Shown: in pieces, positions 25,150 through 38,490 of the stretch
How positions within the stretch are numbered: the stretch's first letter is position 1
Layout: the number at the start of each line of letters is the position of its first letter
From: Octopus sinensis
Taxonomy: Eukaryota
Reading direction: 5' to 3'
Assembly (NCBI RefSeq): GCF_006345805.1
Contig: NC_043003.1
Span: forward strand, 112,902,001 to 112,966,000
Length of the DNA: 64,000 nucleotides
The notes under the pieces: model-generated
What the model saw: only the letters and a program-made list of their open reading frames with translations
Told to the model about the DNA's origin: nothing
The model's database searches: none
Made by a program: the position numbers and the translations under genes

Positions 25150-26760
25150 ACTGAACATTGCAGCCACCGAACAACAACTCCACCAACAGCACACTAAGAA
25201 GAACCAATAAGAACAGCAACATCTATGGTACTATCAATAGAAGCGGCAACGGCAGGGGAAACACGAAAGCTGTATCTTCAACCAAAATAACAAATTTGTT
25301 TGATTTGATCTCACTAGACAACAATCGTGGATCTATGAATGCGGTTGAGAAAGCCATCGACAAAAGAGAAAATTTGCCCTTGATATAACGCAATAGCTTT
25401 TAGAATAAAGAGAAAGGGAAACAAATCTATATTGATATTTATTGACGAAGCAACACAAATTAGATATTTATACTTTCAAACCAAACTGAAGCAGATTTAA
25501 GAAACATATGACAAGGCTTAAACTTTGAAGGACAGGTGCATCAGCTCGGATGCATGCAGCTAAGTTACCACTGGGAAACCATACACCAGAAACCGCACAC
25601 CGTACCACAAATAAATGAAAACTTTCCAATAATGCCAAGTGACCCACGACGGAGCGTAATGGGAGTAAAAATCGAAAGTATAGAAACAGAAGAAGACTTA
25701 TTGTGGATAGCGAAATATGTGGTTTTGGAAGAAATATCGCACGCTGCTAGAAATAAAAAGATACTGAAAATAAAACTGCGTTTGTATGGTTTTTGAAAAT
25801 CTGAGATTCTGATGAAACCTCAGACACGCGACAAAATTGCCGAGCTGATAGAGATGGCAGGAGGCAGTAACAATAGATGATAGAGGAAGGCAGAAAGCTT
25901 CGATGCTACAAGTGTAGAGACACTAATCATCTGACTGTTTTCTGTCCTAAGAACACCAAAAAAATAAAAGCAAATGACAGCTGATAGAAGGTATCCACTA
26001 CTGCGAACGCCACAACTTCCACACCAACAATAAAAGCATAGCAAATACAACAGCAGCATGCAAACGCAACAACAGTGATTGCAGCTGCAGCTAAAAGGCT
26101 TGCAGCAGCACTGACAACAACAACAGTGAGAACAACACCAAGACTGACAAAAAGAACAAAAATGAACAATAAAAAGAAGTTCGTCCTCAAGAGCCACCAC
26201 ATCCTCAACATAAACAACAGCAAAAGAAAACTCCCGAATCACAAAACAAACCGGCAATACTCACTCTGACATGTCATGTGACAAATGAGAGATTAAGGAG
26301 CTTCAAAGGTAAAAAAGTTACTAACCCTAAGAAAAGAAAAGCAAATTAAAAAATGCAAGCACACAGAAAATAATTGGCAGATACGAACAAATATGAGAGT
26401 TGCTTTTCAGCAAGGATACACCAACGCCATCCAAAACAATATTCACACTAGTAATATTAATGCCATCATCCTCTTCAGCCCCATTACGAATATAAAGGGC
26501 ACTACCATTACAAACAAAAGCTTAACGCTAATTCACAGCTGCAACAACAGTCAGATCACACACCCCGAGACAAGCAAAGAAAGAAATTAACTACACAGCC
26601 ATTAATACAAGCAATGAAGAATTATCCGAGCACATACACCAACAGACAAGCATCATGCTCATTCACTATATTACGCTAAATGCTAGCATCCTAACACACA
26701 TGACACAATCATCCAAATATCAAACAGTAATACAACTTTAAAAATAAACAACCCAAAGGA
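25150..26760 (+). mobile_element. Possible L1/Tx1-like ORF1 to ORF2 junction remnant
   Basis: Decayed ORF1-like peptides (QGLNFEGQVHQL...KIKLRLYG), a low-complexity linker, then YITLNAS resembling an APE start (ITLNVRG). Confidence 0.3.
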
Positions 26761-27039
26761 GTAGGAGATTTCAGAGAGAATAAGAGCAAAAAATTATATG
26801 AAGAACTGCTTGTGGAAATGCCCACAACAAACCGGAAGGAGGAACCATCTGTTTGTCTCTAGGAATAAAGTTACATTTTCTTACCTTCCTCCCCCTGACC
26901 AACATAATAGCGAGAGCTTTTGAATGAAGATCTTATTGAATTTTACACTGCTTCCAATAAATCCCTATGGGATTTAAGTACCACACCATATGTTATATAC
27001 TGCAACAATATAGATTCATGTAGGTCTGTAGATCTATAT

Positions 27040-27365
27040 CAGTGGTTAGGGCAGCGGACTCGCGGTCATAGGATCGCGGTTTCGATTCCCAGACCGGGCG
27101 TTGTGAGTGTTTATTGAGCGAAAACACCTAAAAGCTCCACGAGGCTCCGGCAGGGATGGTGGTGATCCCTGCTGTACTCTTTCACCACAACTTTCTCTCA
27201 CTCTTACTTCCTGTTTCTGTTGTACCTGTATTTCAAAGGGCCGGCCTTGTCACTCTCTGTGTCACGCTGAATATCCCCGAGAACTACGTTAAGGGTACAC
27301 GTGTCTGTGGAGTGCTCAGCCACTTACACGTTAATTTCACGAGCAGGCTGTTCCGTTGATTCGGA
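27040..27365 (+). mobile_element. SINE family A head (slightly 5'-clipped), tail type 3
   Basis: Head and core nearly identical to 1142 and 50281 copies; different 3' sequence (GTCACTCTCTGTGTCACGCTG...GCAGGCTGTTCCGTTG). Confidence 0.8.
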
Positions 27366-27456
27366 ACCCTCTCAATTGCTTTGGCGGTGCAGGAAAGTCC
27401 AAATTTTCAAAATGAAAGCCTTACACTACCATTAATGCTTGGTAGTTAACGTTAGT

Positions 27457-27639
27457 TAACTGCACCCAATAATTCTTTCTACTAAAGGCACAAGGTCTGA
27501 AATTTCAGGGGAAGGGTTAAGGCAATTATATCGACTCAAATATTCAACTGGTACTTAATTTATCGACCCCGAAAGGATGAAACATAAAGTCGACCTCTGC
27601 GGAATTTGAACTCAGAACTGCAACCAATAATAAAACTAG
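27457..27639 (-). repeat. Left arm of 183-bp inverted duplication (contains a family C SINE piece)
   Basis: Reverse complement of 29301-29483, about 6 mismatches by eye. Confidence 0.9.
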
Positions 27640-28014
27640 TTTTCATAGGTTTTTCCACAATTATTTTTGTTTTAGTTATTGATATTGCTTTCAATTTACA
27701 AATCATTTACCTTTATTGCTAACAAAGCATTGCAGACATTAATAAAACAATTGACTTTCATGGCAACATTTTGCGGAGCTTATCAAATTGAAAATTGTGA
27801 AGTAAAAATGTTTTAGCCTTATGATACATGAATTCTGTAAGATTGTCTCTTAAAATACATTGAGAAGACGCTTTTGTATTAGATGAATAGATAAAGCTAA
27901 TTCCCAAAATGAAACCACTTATCAAGTCTACACAAGACAAAATGCTTTCAATGCACTTCCAAGTGCAGTTCTGTACGCCTTGGGCATGGGCTGTAGATTT
28001 TTTTCTTTAATTTT

Positions 28015-29165
28015 ACTGCATTGAAAGTGCTCTACGTAGGATGTATGCGATGCCCAGCAGTGTTACTTTGTGTAAATTATATTCGGTGTGTTGGTCATGT
28101 ATTTTTCTGCATATTTTTAACCATACCTAATGCATCCATTATTATATTGATTGATTCTGTCTTCAAGACCAACATTCTGGCTATCTCTATTTCCAGATCT
28201 TTATATTTCAAGAATTTCTTAGTTTCATTTCAGGATATATTTTCTTCGCGGCCCCTGACAACACTGTATGGCCAATTATCCTTGGTCTGTCTGTCTACCT
28301 GTGTATATCGGCATATCTCAGAGAATGGTTGCTTCGTCATTTTCTGAGACATTTTTTATGGTGTGCCCTAACCATATTTTTCTTGTTGTCATTCCGTAGA
28401 GGTGGCACAAGTCTCAGCTGTGGCATATGTCATGTATGTGGATATATTTCATTTTGGCCAATATTGGGTAACCAGTAACAATAGGATTTATTGTTTCTAC
28501 CTCATCACGACATATTCTGCAATTACTGTATTCTACTTCATTACAAGCTTTTAGTGGTTTTCTGGTGGAGAGACTTTGATCACGTGTCAGAATTGAGAAC
28601 CTTTCCATCTCTGCTTTGAGTCTTCTCAGCTGCTGTCGGTATTTTACTTTATGTCCTTTCGGTTCAGCTGGCAGAAGTGTTAGCAGGCCGGGCGAAATGC
28701 TTAGCAGTATTTCGGCTGTCTTAACGTTCTGAGTTCAAATTCCGCCGAGGTCGACTTTGCCTTTCATCCTTTCGGGGTCGATTAAATAAGTATCAGTTAC
28801 GCACGTGGGTCGATGTAATCGACTTAATCCGTTTGTCTGTCCTTGTTTGTCCCCCTTGTGGGTAGTAAAGAAATATTTACCCAATATTTACCAAATAAGC
28901 GCTTTTCTGGCTGTCACTTTATCACGGCGGCTTTCTGCAGTTTCGTAGCCGTTTTACAGGGTTTGTTATTTCTTCTTGATCTTTTTGTCTGTCAGTTAGC
29001 ATGACCTCTGCTTAATATTTTACGGCTTTCTCGAAGGTATAAAACAGTTTTTAAATCATAATTTATAGATATTCGCATACGATTTAATTGATTGTGAATT
29101 ATATATTTCTAACTGCACAGGGCCTCTACCACCTTCAATCTGTTGTAGATATATACATTCTTTAA
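28015..29165 (-). mobile_element. R4/Dong-like LINE 3' portion, interrupted by a SINE
   Basis: YLQQIEGGRG-like motif, RDQSLSTR, CRICRDEVETINPIVTGYP (CCHC region), ENDEATIL.DMPIYT, KYKDLEIEIARM, YILRRALSMQ*. Confidence 0.8.
28663..28915 (+). mobile_element. SINE family C, long tail type
   Basis: Head, core and GTCTGTCCTTGTTTGTCCC tail as in 9298-9530. Confidence 0.85.
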
Positions 29166-29300
29166 TATGTTTCAGCTTCAAAGCTGTGGTCATGCTGGGG
29201 CACCACCGTTGACTGAGCTACACCATTATTTGAAACCTCCTCTGATATGTAGCATTTGGTCATTGAGAAAGTTTGATGACGCTGCACTGATCAGTGTTTC

Positions 29301-29483
29301 CTAGTTTTATTATTGGTTGCAGTTCTGAGTTCAAATTCCGCTGAGGTCGAATTTATGTTTCATCCTTTCGGGGTCGATAAATTAAGTACCAGTTGAGTAA
29401 TTGCGTCGATATAATTGTCTTAACCCTTCCCCTGAAATTTCAGACCTTGTGCCTTTAGTAGAAAGAATTATTGGGTGCAGTTA
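29301..29483 (+). repeat. Right arm of 183-bp inverted duplication
   Basis: See 27457-27639. Confidence 0.9.
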
Positions 29484-30879
29484 CACGCTGGAAACAGATG
29501 CCAAATGGCTCTAAAAACCACCTCACTACTCCATTAGAACAGGCTGTAATTGAGCAGATGAAAAAATAAATACGACTTTTAGATCAATTGTATATCGAAC
29601 GATATCAAAAAAATAAATACGACCTTTAGATCAATTGTATATCGAACGATATCAAACTTAGCGTTATGAAAACACCTTGTTATCTTCAGTACAATATGTC
29701 AAAGCTTATGCACACAAATACTTATACATACCCAAACAAACATCGTCGTCGCACGACCATATACATACATTTGTACGTATATGCTATTAAAAATCTAATT
29801 TATCTTCTCATCTCAATCACGTGCATCTTTTTATCAAAATAACCTGGCAGCGAATGTAGAATTAAGTATTAAATCACTTTAATGATTTTATCAAGTGGCT
29901 AGCGTGAAATAAAAACATTGCAGGTAACATTTTATACAAAATATATAATTATATCAAAGGGTGCAGATTTATCACAGCTACACGCTAGAAATAGATAACT
30001 AATGGCTCTAAAGACCACTTCGCTACTCCATTAGCACATTTTGTAATCGGGCAGACGAAAAAAATTAATAAGACCTTTAGATCAATGGTTTATCGAACGA
30101 TTTTAAACTTAGCGTTATGAAAACACCATACCTTTGGTTATGATGGTGCGACTACGATATTCGTATGGGTGGGTATAAATATTTGTTTATATATGCTTTG
30201 ACATATTGTACTGAAGACAACAAGGAGTTTTCATAGAGCCAAGTTATGAGTATTTCGTCATCAGAGAGGGAGAAATAAGGAAGATGTAAAAATGGAAGAA
30301 TATCCCCCAGTCGAGGATAATCCAGTCTGTAAAAAAGTGCGGGAAGGATCAGAGAAAAATACGTAGGTGTAACGAAGTTCCGGGATAAGTGAAATACTCT
30401 GAAGTAACGACACAGCAATACCACCCATCAAAATAACAATAGAACCATCAGCATCATTATATGTAATATTGTTGTCGTCTGCGATGGTAAAGACGACAAT
30501 GACTGGTATCATTATAATAGCCATTATCGTCTTTACTATCGCAGACGCCAACAATGCCACATATGCTGTCATGTGTATTTCTCTGTCTCAACAAAATTCT
30601 GATATTATGCTGTTATATATAATGCATTTCATGTCCAGAGTATGTTCATACTGTTATACAGTGTTGTTTATGCTACATATTTAGAGTTTATAGTTCATAG
30701 CGTTGAAACAATTTTCAGTGTATGAAAGTCGTGACAATAGATATATTTCCTTTTGTTTACGACAACGTAACTACAGACTTTGTAGTGAATTGTTTCTCCT
30801 TTGCCTCCACGAATGATCAAGTATCATAGCGAAGTAGCGTGAGGAACTGATGAAAATTGCCTCTCTAGAGAGACCTTTA

Positions 30880-31990
30880 ATTGAGACAGTGTGCCCTCAG
30901 CAAAGCAGAAGCAGGAAGGAAGGAAAGAAGCAGAAGGAAAATGATGCGAGATTGCTTCTTGAAGACACCTTCCAAATTCGCCAAGGAACTCTTCGAAAAG
31001 TCAAAATCTGAGGGATTCACAGCTGACCAAGAATCTTTGAGCTGCATCTTAGGGAAATATAATCAAATTCCCCGACTGAGATGCTATTTAAAATCCGGGG
31101 CTTGGTTTTCTTGCTCTGCCAGGGGAATGTTTCTATACCAAGCCACCAAAATTGGGTGAAGGAAGGAAAAATAGTCAAGAAAACCAGGGCCAAATCATCA
31201 TTCGGACCAAACTGAATGTCATATCTATTGTACAAGAAATGATCCCATGCCCTTGAGTGTTTCTACAAAATGATATGGTCAGCATGGAAGGACGTAAAGA
31301 CATGCGACCAGTGGACGAGAGCCCAAGGGGTATACATTCCCAAAGAGAAGATGTCAAGCGATATCAAATTCACACCAATATAATTTCTGAAAGTTGACGA
31401 AAAAATTTTCTTCTCTGCCTTGGCAACATGGCAAACTAAATGTCTCACACAATACGTACCTGGATACGTATTCAGAAGGGAGGCATCCTTGGAATGTTGG
31501 GTTGTGTGGAACATACCCAAATGATTGAGGAAGCAATCCAAGCAGATAGAGTTGAGAAGAGAGATCTTGATGCGGTGTGGCATGATCTGGCGAATGCCTA
31601 CGGTCTGTCCAGCACAAATAATAGATTCAAGTCTTGAGATGCATCATGTTCCAAAAAGCATCTGAGAAATGCTGAAATAATGTTTTCATGGTTTCTCGAT
31701 GCGATCCTTCGTCAAACTGTACACAAAAATCTGGATCAATTTAGAAGTTGGCACAGCAATGGGTAATCTCCCCAATATCGTTATTGTTGCCAATGAAATT
31801 TATCCTCAAGGCAGCAATGAGCTGGTTAGCTCCAAAAGAACTTGGAAAGCGTTTTGGGATGCCACATCTAAAGACCTTCACGGACGATACTACAGACATT
31901 CTTTCAAATCAGGATGAAACACGCAGCATCCTGAAACAGTGGGATGAGGTAGCTGTATCTTCTAAAATAAGATTCAAAGTAAAGAAATCC
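30880..31990 (+). mobile_element. Hero-like (R2-superfamily) LINE RT fragment
   Basis: AKSSFGPN..SYLLYKK, GVYIPKEK, QKGGILGMLGCVEHTQMIEEAIQ, LDAVWHDLANAYG, WINLEVGTAMG and KTFTDDTT...RFKVKKS fit the Hero-clade RT pattern by recall. Confidence 0.75.
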
Positions 31991-33190
31991 AAGAACTTTT
32001 CTCTGCAGAAACTTTTGTATGCTGACGATTGCGATCTTGTCAGTCATTCTGAAACAGGTCTGCAATCTCTTGTATCTGCACTTGACTCAGCTTGTCATGA
32101 TATTGGCTTGATCATCAATTTGAAAAAAGTAGGTGTAATGCATCAACCTGCGTGTGGTACTATTTGTAACCTCGCTAAAATTTTTGTTAGGGGTAAGTTA
32201 CATGAAGTTGTTGATTCATTCGTCTATCTTGGAAGCTCTGTGCAAAATGATGGAAATCTTGATGCAGAAATATAGCTGCGAATTCAAAGGGCAGCAAAAG
32301 TATTCGGTGTCTTGGAGACATATAAATAAGAATACAAAACTGGATCTTCACAAATCATTTGTCTTACCATTCCTGTGAAACTTGGACTTGTTATGAAAGG
32401 CATTTTAAACTGTTAGAAGAATTCCACCAAAAATGCTTTCATTGCATTTTAAAAATTAAATGGAGTTGTTTTGCTCCAAACACAGATGTCCTTGCATCTG
32501 CAGGCATCACCTCAATTACATCTATGCTTTTGAGGAACCAATTGAGATGGTGTGGCCATAATGTTCGAATGGCAGATGAACGCATGCCGAAACAGCTGTT
32601 TTATGGTGACCTTGCAGAGGGGAAACGTTATCGATATAAACCTAAAACAAAAGTTTAAGGACCTTATAAGGACTACTATAAAGTCACTTGGAATGGTTCC
32701 AGAAGATATAGAATCCCTTGCTTCAGATCGAGTTGGATGGCGATCAAAGGCTTGGAGTGTAGTGAAAGCCTTTGAAGAGGCCAGAATAACGCAAGTAAAA
32801 CTCAAAAGAGATCTAAGGAAGAATGTAACGACCGAGAAGGTGAATGACAATAACCTTTTTGTGTGCATAGTCTGTGACAGACCATGCCTGTCTTTTGCTG
32901 ATCTCAAAACTCATCTGCAAATGTATAGAAAACGAACCTCCACCAATTATTCTGCCTATATGTCTGGGAACATCGCCGAAAGCAGTGTATTCCAGAAGGT
33001 TTACAAATCCAACGGAGGCCACAAAAGACATTTTCAGATCCACAAAGGGAAGAACTTATCTGTAGGTCCTGGTGGTCCAAATCAGAGGTGCAATCTATGT
33101 GGGTGTCTTTTCAGAACATTGGTTGAAAAAGCCACATCAGACGCCATGATGGTTCTAAGTTGTAAGTACAGGAGGTGGTCAAACTCTGTA
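31991..33190 (+). mobile_element. 5'-truncated RTE/BovB-like LINE with three C-terminal C2H2 fingers
   Basis: LLYADDCDL, FVYLGS, SCETWT, QLRWCGHNVRMADERMPKQLFYGDL, then three CxxC-x12-HxxxH patterns (decayed). Confidence 0.9.
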
Positions 33191-33213
33191 TAAGGAGTAG
33201 ACAACCACCATAC

Positions 33214-33270
<57 letters not shown>

Positions 33271-33280
<10 letters not shown>

Positions 33281-33515
33281 TTGAATGAAATTGGTTGTGT
33301 AGTTCTCAGGTTTTAGGGAATCGTAGTGGAGAAGATATGATATTGCTGTGGGCTCGCCCTAGGCACAAAGTTCAAAATTATTTTTGCCGATGACACTCCC
33401 CGGACCCTAAGTGAGGCATGTGTAAAATGTGAATGAAATTGGTTGTGTTGTTCTCAAGTTTTAGGGAAACACACAGACAGACAGACACACATTCTCAGTT
33501 TTATATATATAAAGA
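33271..33515 (+). mobile_element. DINE-1/Helentron-associated-like nonautonomous element end
   Basis: Two ~49-bp repeats about 147 bp apart, an (ACAG)n tract, then TTTTATATATA, an arrangement typical of DINE/HINE ends (by recall). Confidence 0.4.
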
Positions 33516-34606
33516 TATATATATATATATATACCTATTTATATTTATATGTATATAGCTATTTTCTATGGCCCTAGATATATGTATTGGATTAGTCATA
33601 CAGTTTACTTAGACACTTCGTAACTGTTGACCATTTAAATTCTAACCCTATTTCGATACTAACAATTCTTATAAATTACCTGAGTCCATTTTATATATAT
33701 ATATCCAGCGGTCTTATACTATTGATTGCATCTTTTTAAACACTCTCAAAATAAGTTTATCTCTCTATCATTGCTTCTGCTACATTTTCACCCTACTTTA
33801 CCTCCTTAATGTAGCTCAGTGTACTTCGACCTACCATATTAATAGAAATTTTCTTACTCTATCTTCCTCCCTCTTATTCTGTTTTAACTTTTATTCCTGT
33901 TTGTTGATATTACTCCCTATATGTCACAAACACACTATAAACTTCTCTTTCATTCCTTTAAACTTTCACTTTCTTTTCTCCCTCTCTACTATTACTATCT
34001 CTAGGTTATTAACGATAACCTACCTGACTCTTTCTCTCTTGTACCAAACATCGTCTTCACATACATCACCATTACGCATAATTTCCTTTTTAATATCTTA
34101 AAAACATCTCCTTTCCTCCTCTTTATAGTAATTAGTAATTTTAAAAAATAATTATTGATCTTCCATGCGTTTTGAATTTGAAGATGATTTTTTGTATGTG
34201 TATATCGGAGGTGAAAAATTGATGTAACCCTCATATTCTTTTGATCTGAAACGCGGGCCTTCTATATCCGCATTCGTTTGTGAAATCTACAATAGTACTA
34301 TGCGAATTTATAGCATACATACTAGCACAGACATGCAAGATAATTTATCATACGCAAAAATAAATTAATTTGCATGATGTTGGCTGCGAAACGGCAGTCA
34401 TCCTATGGAAATCAACTGGTGGAATAAGTCTATTAACCGCATACCTGGTGACTTTATATTCTGTATTCTCATCATGAAATAATTTTCACTGATTGAATTT
34501 ATTGGATATAAACTGCATAGGATTAAACATTGCACTCATGGGTACTGGTTTACTACGCAGTATGCAGCCGGGCCCATTAGACGTATTTTTGTGATTACAC
34601 TAAACA

Positions 34607-34642
<36 letters not shown>

Positions 34643-34740
34643 TGTATGTATGTATGTATGTATGTATGTATGTATGTATGTATGTATGTATGTATGTATG
34701 TATGTATGTATGTATGCATGTATGTATGTATAATAAATAG

Positions 34741-34980
34741 ATGACTTTTTTAGCCCAGCTAAAGATCTACAATGTCTTGTACAGAATTGGCAGCTAAAAC
34801 CTTTACCGGTAATAGCCGGCTGTAGTTGCAACTGGGCTTCATGTACCTTTGCATGTCGTTTAAGACTTCCAGGCGAATTACACTCTCTTCCACATGCCCG
34901 GCAGATATGAAGTCACATTTGATCACAGCACCAGTAACAGTTAAGTTTCGTGCATTGGCCATACTCGATAACGAGGGGGC
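34741..34980 (-). mobile_element. RTE-like LINE 3' fragment with two C2H2 fingers
   Basis: CRACGRECNSPGSLKRHAKVH (perfect C2H2 spacing) and CQFCTRHCRSLAGLK..SH, similar in style to 32864-33147. Confidence 0.6.
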
Positions 34981-34993
34981 AGCCATAAAAATA

Positions 34994-35030
<37 letters not shown>

Positions 35031-35937
35031 CAGAAACGAGCGATACATGTATAAACAATTTTCTTATTATGGGAACATTTCCAAATTATATGACGAGTTA
35101 AACATATTGACGTCTGTCATTTCCTCTGTAACATATTCGCTATGTTTATGTTCTTGTTATTGTTGTTAGTTGTTCAATCGAACCGAACTCAATTCCAACT
35201 GATCAGTTATATAACCCAATGTGCAGCAACCACTACTCCATTTTAAGAAATATTTTGTTATTTTAATTAAAATACTTGGTAAAAAAATTTCAAAATTTCT
35301 TGAAAAGTTTTAATCTTGATATTTTTATTTGTTTAAAGTTATTTAAAGTAAATAAATAACTTTTTTACGTTGATCAAAAAGGTTTAATCCATAAATAAAA
35401 GCTATAAAGTCTGCAAGTCTTTTTCCTAAATAATCAAATTGTGGAGAGAGGTAGTATAGACACTAGTAAATACTAACTATAATTACCAAATGATCAGAAA
35501 GGATGGCAAAATATCATAGACAACAACAGAAGCAGCAACAACATCAACAATAATGGATTTCATCGTTGCTATCACCAGCAACTAGATATAATGAATTCAA
35601 ATAAAGAAGGTAAATAAAGGAAAATAATAACATGGTTATAAATTAGTTTCCAACAACAAATTCAGAGAATGCTAAACTAAAAATACAGCCGAAAATAGCA
35701 GTGATAGCACCACTTACAACAAAAACAATTGTAGCAGCAGCAACGGTAGAGGCAATAAACAATATGAAAATAGCGAAATGTAATGGGCGGTAAGTCCAAA
35801 TAAAAGATGGTAACAAATGTTGGCTGAATGACTAATTTACATTGACGTATTTCCTGATTTCTTTGTATTGTTCCAATAAGGAAAGTAGAAAAATTTTCGA
35901 GAAGGTAAGATTGTGTACGGTGGGGTGGTGTGCATGC

Positions 35938-35993
<56 letters not shown>

Positions 35994-36572
35994 GTGTGTG
36001 AGGGATAGAGAGAATGACAAGCTTCTACAGTCCCGTTGTCCCTCTCATTACGTAGACGAGAGAAGCTAGACAATAAGATAATCTTTCCATTAAACTTGAA
36101 TGACATTTCCTAATCCAAGCACTGTTGAATAGCTTGACTGATTCTCAGAGAAATATTCTCTAACCAGACTATTGTTTCGATTATTTAGACGTATGTATAC
36201 ACGTACATATAGGCACACATACAATACATACACACACACAAACACAAACACACACAGGCTCATACACACGTACACACAGACATATACATATGTATACGTG
36301 TGTGTGTGTATGTATATGAGTGTATTTGTATCAAGATTATTATTTGTGTGACCAGTGTACGTGAAAATGTGCTGGAAAACGTGATGGTTGCAATATATTT
36401 TATTGGCGTACCGCGCCTGACTGGTTTTATACACAAATAGTTTTGCATATTTATGGTTAGAGACAAAATATTGATGGATAATTTGCATAAATTTTCACTT
36501 CTGTGCATAAAACTAACTCCTTCCCTCTGTCTCCCCCTTTCTCACAGCATATATATATATATATATATATAT

Positions 36573-36615
<43 letters not shown>

Positions 36616-36758
36616 TATATGTTTGTTGTGTGTGTGTGCCTGTGTATCTATGTATCTACTTATGTATGCAAGTAGCATGTATGTGTCTACTAATCTTTTG
36701 ATCTATCTGTGCATATACAAGTCTAAATAAATACCCTATACGTATGTATCTACATATA

Positions 36759-36823
<65 letters not shown>

Positions 36824-38410
36824 ACACGCATATATATGACAGTTCACTCAGCTCCATGCAACTGACAGTTTTGTGAGCACGTCACCAGTCAGGCGACCCC
36901 AACTCTTCCAAGCACGTGGACCAAACGAAGGTGAGTCCAAGAAAACTTCTGGGTAATGGGTTGCTGTTGGTCAACGGATGTCACATGGTCTTATTAATTT
37001 GAAACTGACGTCAGTTCCCGCACAGAATTTCTAGAACCACGTTCTACGAGAGCATGTTGGTGACAAGACAACCATCTCGCCTCCACCCCGTACTAACAAT
37101 GTCATACACGAAACATTTAAAGACAGCGGGTGTGAGGAATGACCTGTCCCATGGGAATAGAATATTTGGTCCGTTCCCATTTTCTTCCTTGTCGAAGCAT
37201 TTTCTCTGAATATGGTTTGGTGCCACTGACAAAAAATTAATCACTGATGAAGCAACTTTCGCTAAACGTAATCCAATGGTTATCCGAATAATTTGCCACC
37301 AAGAATATGCTTAAATAATACGACAAAGTATTGTGTTACTAAAAGTACTTATTCGTTTATTATTAATCACGTAAACAACAACACTTTTTTGCTAATTATA
37401 TTATCAAAATTAGATGTGATGATGTAATAACATGCCAAATTTGTAGCAATTTAAATAAAATAGAAAGAATAAAGAAAAGCTTGAGGAAACCCTATTCGAC
37501 ACCCACTGAAATTAAGTGGTGAATATTTTCATCGAACCGAAGGACAAGTTTACGGTCTTCGTTACATTTCATCAGCTACGGACAATGAATTCATTGGCCT
37601 CCTTTACAATTTAAACAGCAATTAATAGATACTGACGTGTACAAAGATTTGCCTCGACGGAATTAATTAATCAGAGGTGTTCTAAGAAGTAATTATTCAA
37701 TATATACACCCTTACTGTTAATCATGTTTGCTTAGTAAAAAATAATTTAAAAAATCATATATATATATATACATGCACATGCACACACATACATATGTAT
37801 ATATACGCACACACACACACAAATATATATATATATATAAGCAAAATAATTGAGATTCAGATGAATTAGGTACTTAAGTTATTATTCTTTTATTGCTTAT
37901 GTAAATTTTCATTGCCTCTTGCCTTGAATGTTTTTAATCCTTTACAACCAATAAAAAAAAATTTTCTGTCAACGTCATAACAATTATTATTAGTGATTAT
38001 TAAGGCTATAATTTTTATTTTTTAATAAATTTTTATCGATTAAAAAAATGTAATAATAATCATTTTTTATTCCTAAAGTAGCTTTTTACTGAAGGAGTCA
38101 TTCATATACCAGCTGTTAATTTCCCTTTGAACTAAGGCAATATGTTCTTTTCAAGTGTTGAGGACTTTGTGGATACTCCTTGTACTGCTAAGTAAAGCTG
38201 TTTTCTCGATGTGTTCTATTTTCATTTATATGCCTATTTTTTCGACCAATTTCTAATTTCTCGATCTATACTTGATCCACATATTGCGTTGTCACTTCTT
38301 ACTGCAATTACCGATGACGGACTTGTTGATCATTCCTGTGATATTCTTTCAAAAGTCTTCTTTTAGATTTTGAGTGTTTCCAATACGATCTCTCTGCATT
38401 TTATTGTTAC

Positions 38411-38451
<41 letters not shown>

Positions 38452-38453
38452 AT

Positions 38454-38490
<37 letters not shown>

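Noticed and set aside
37238-37275. Hammerhead-like CTGATGA-AGC..GC-TAAAC-GTA
   Set aside because: GAAA is replaced by TAAA and no stem I pairing is possible.
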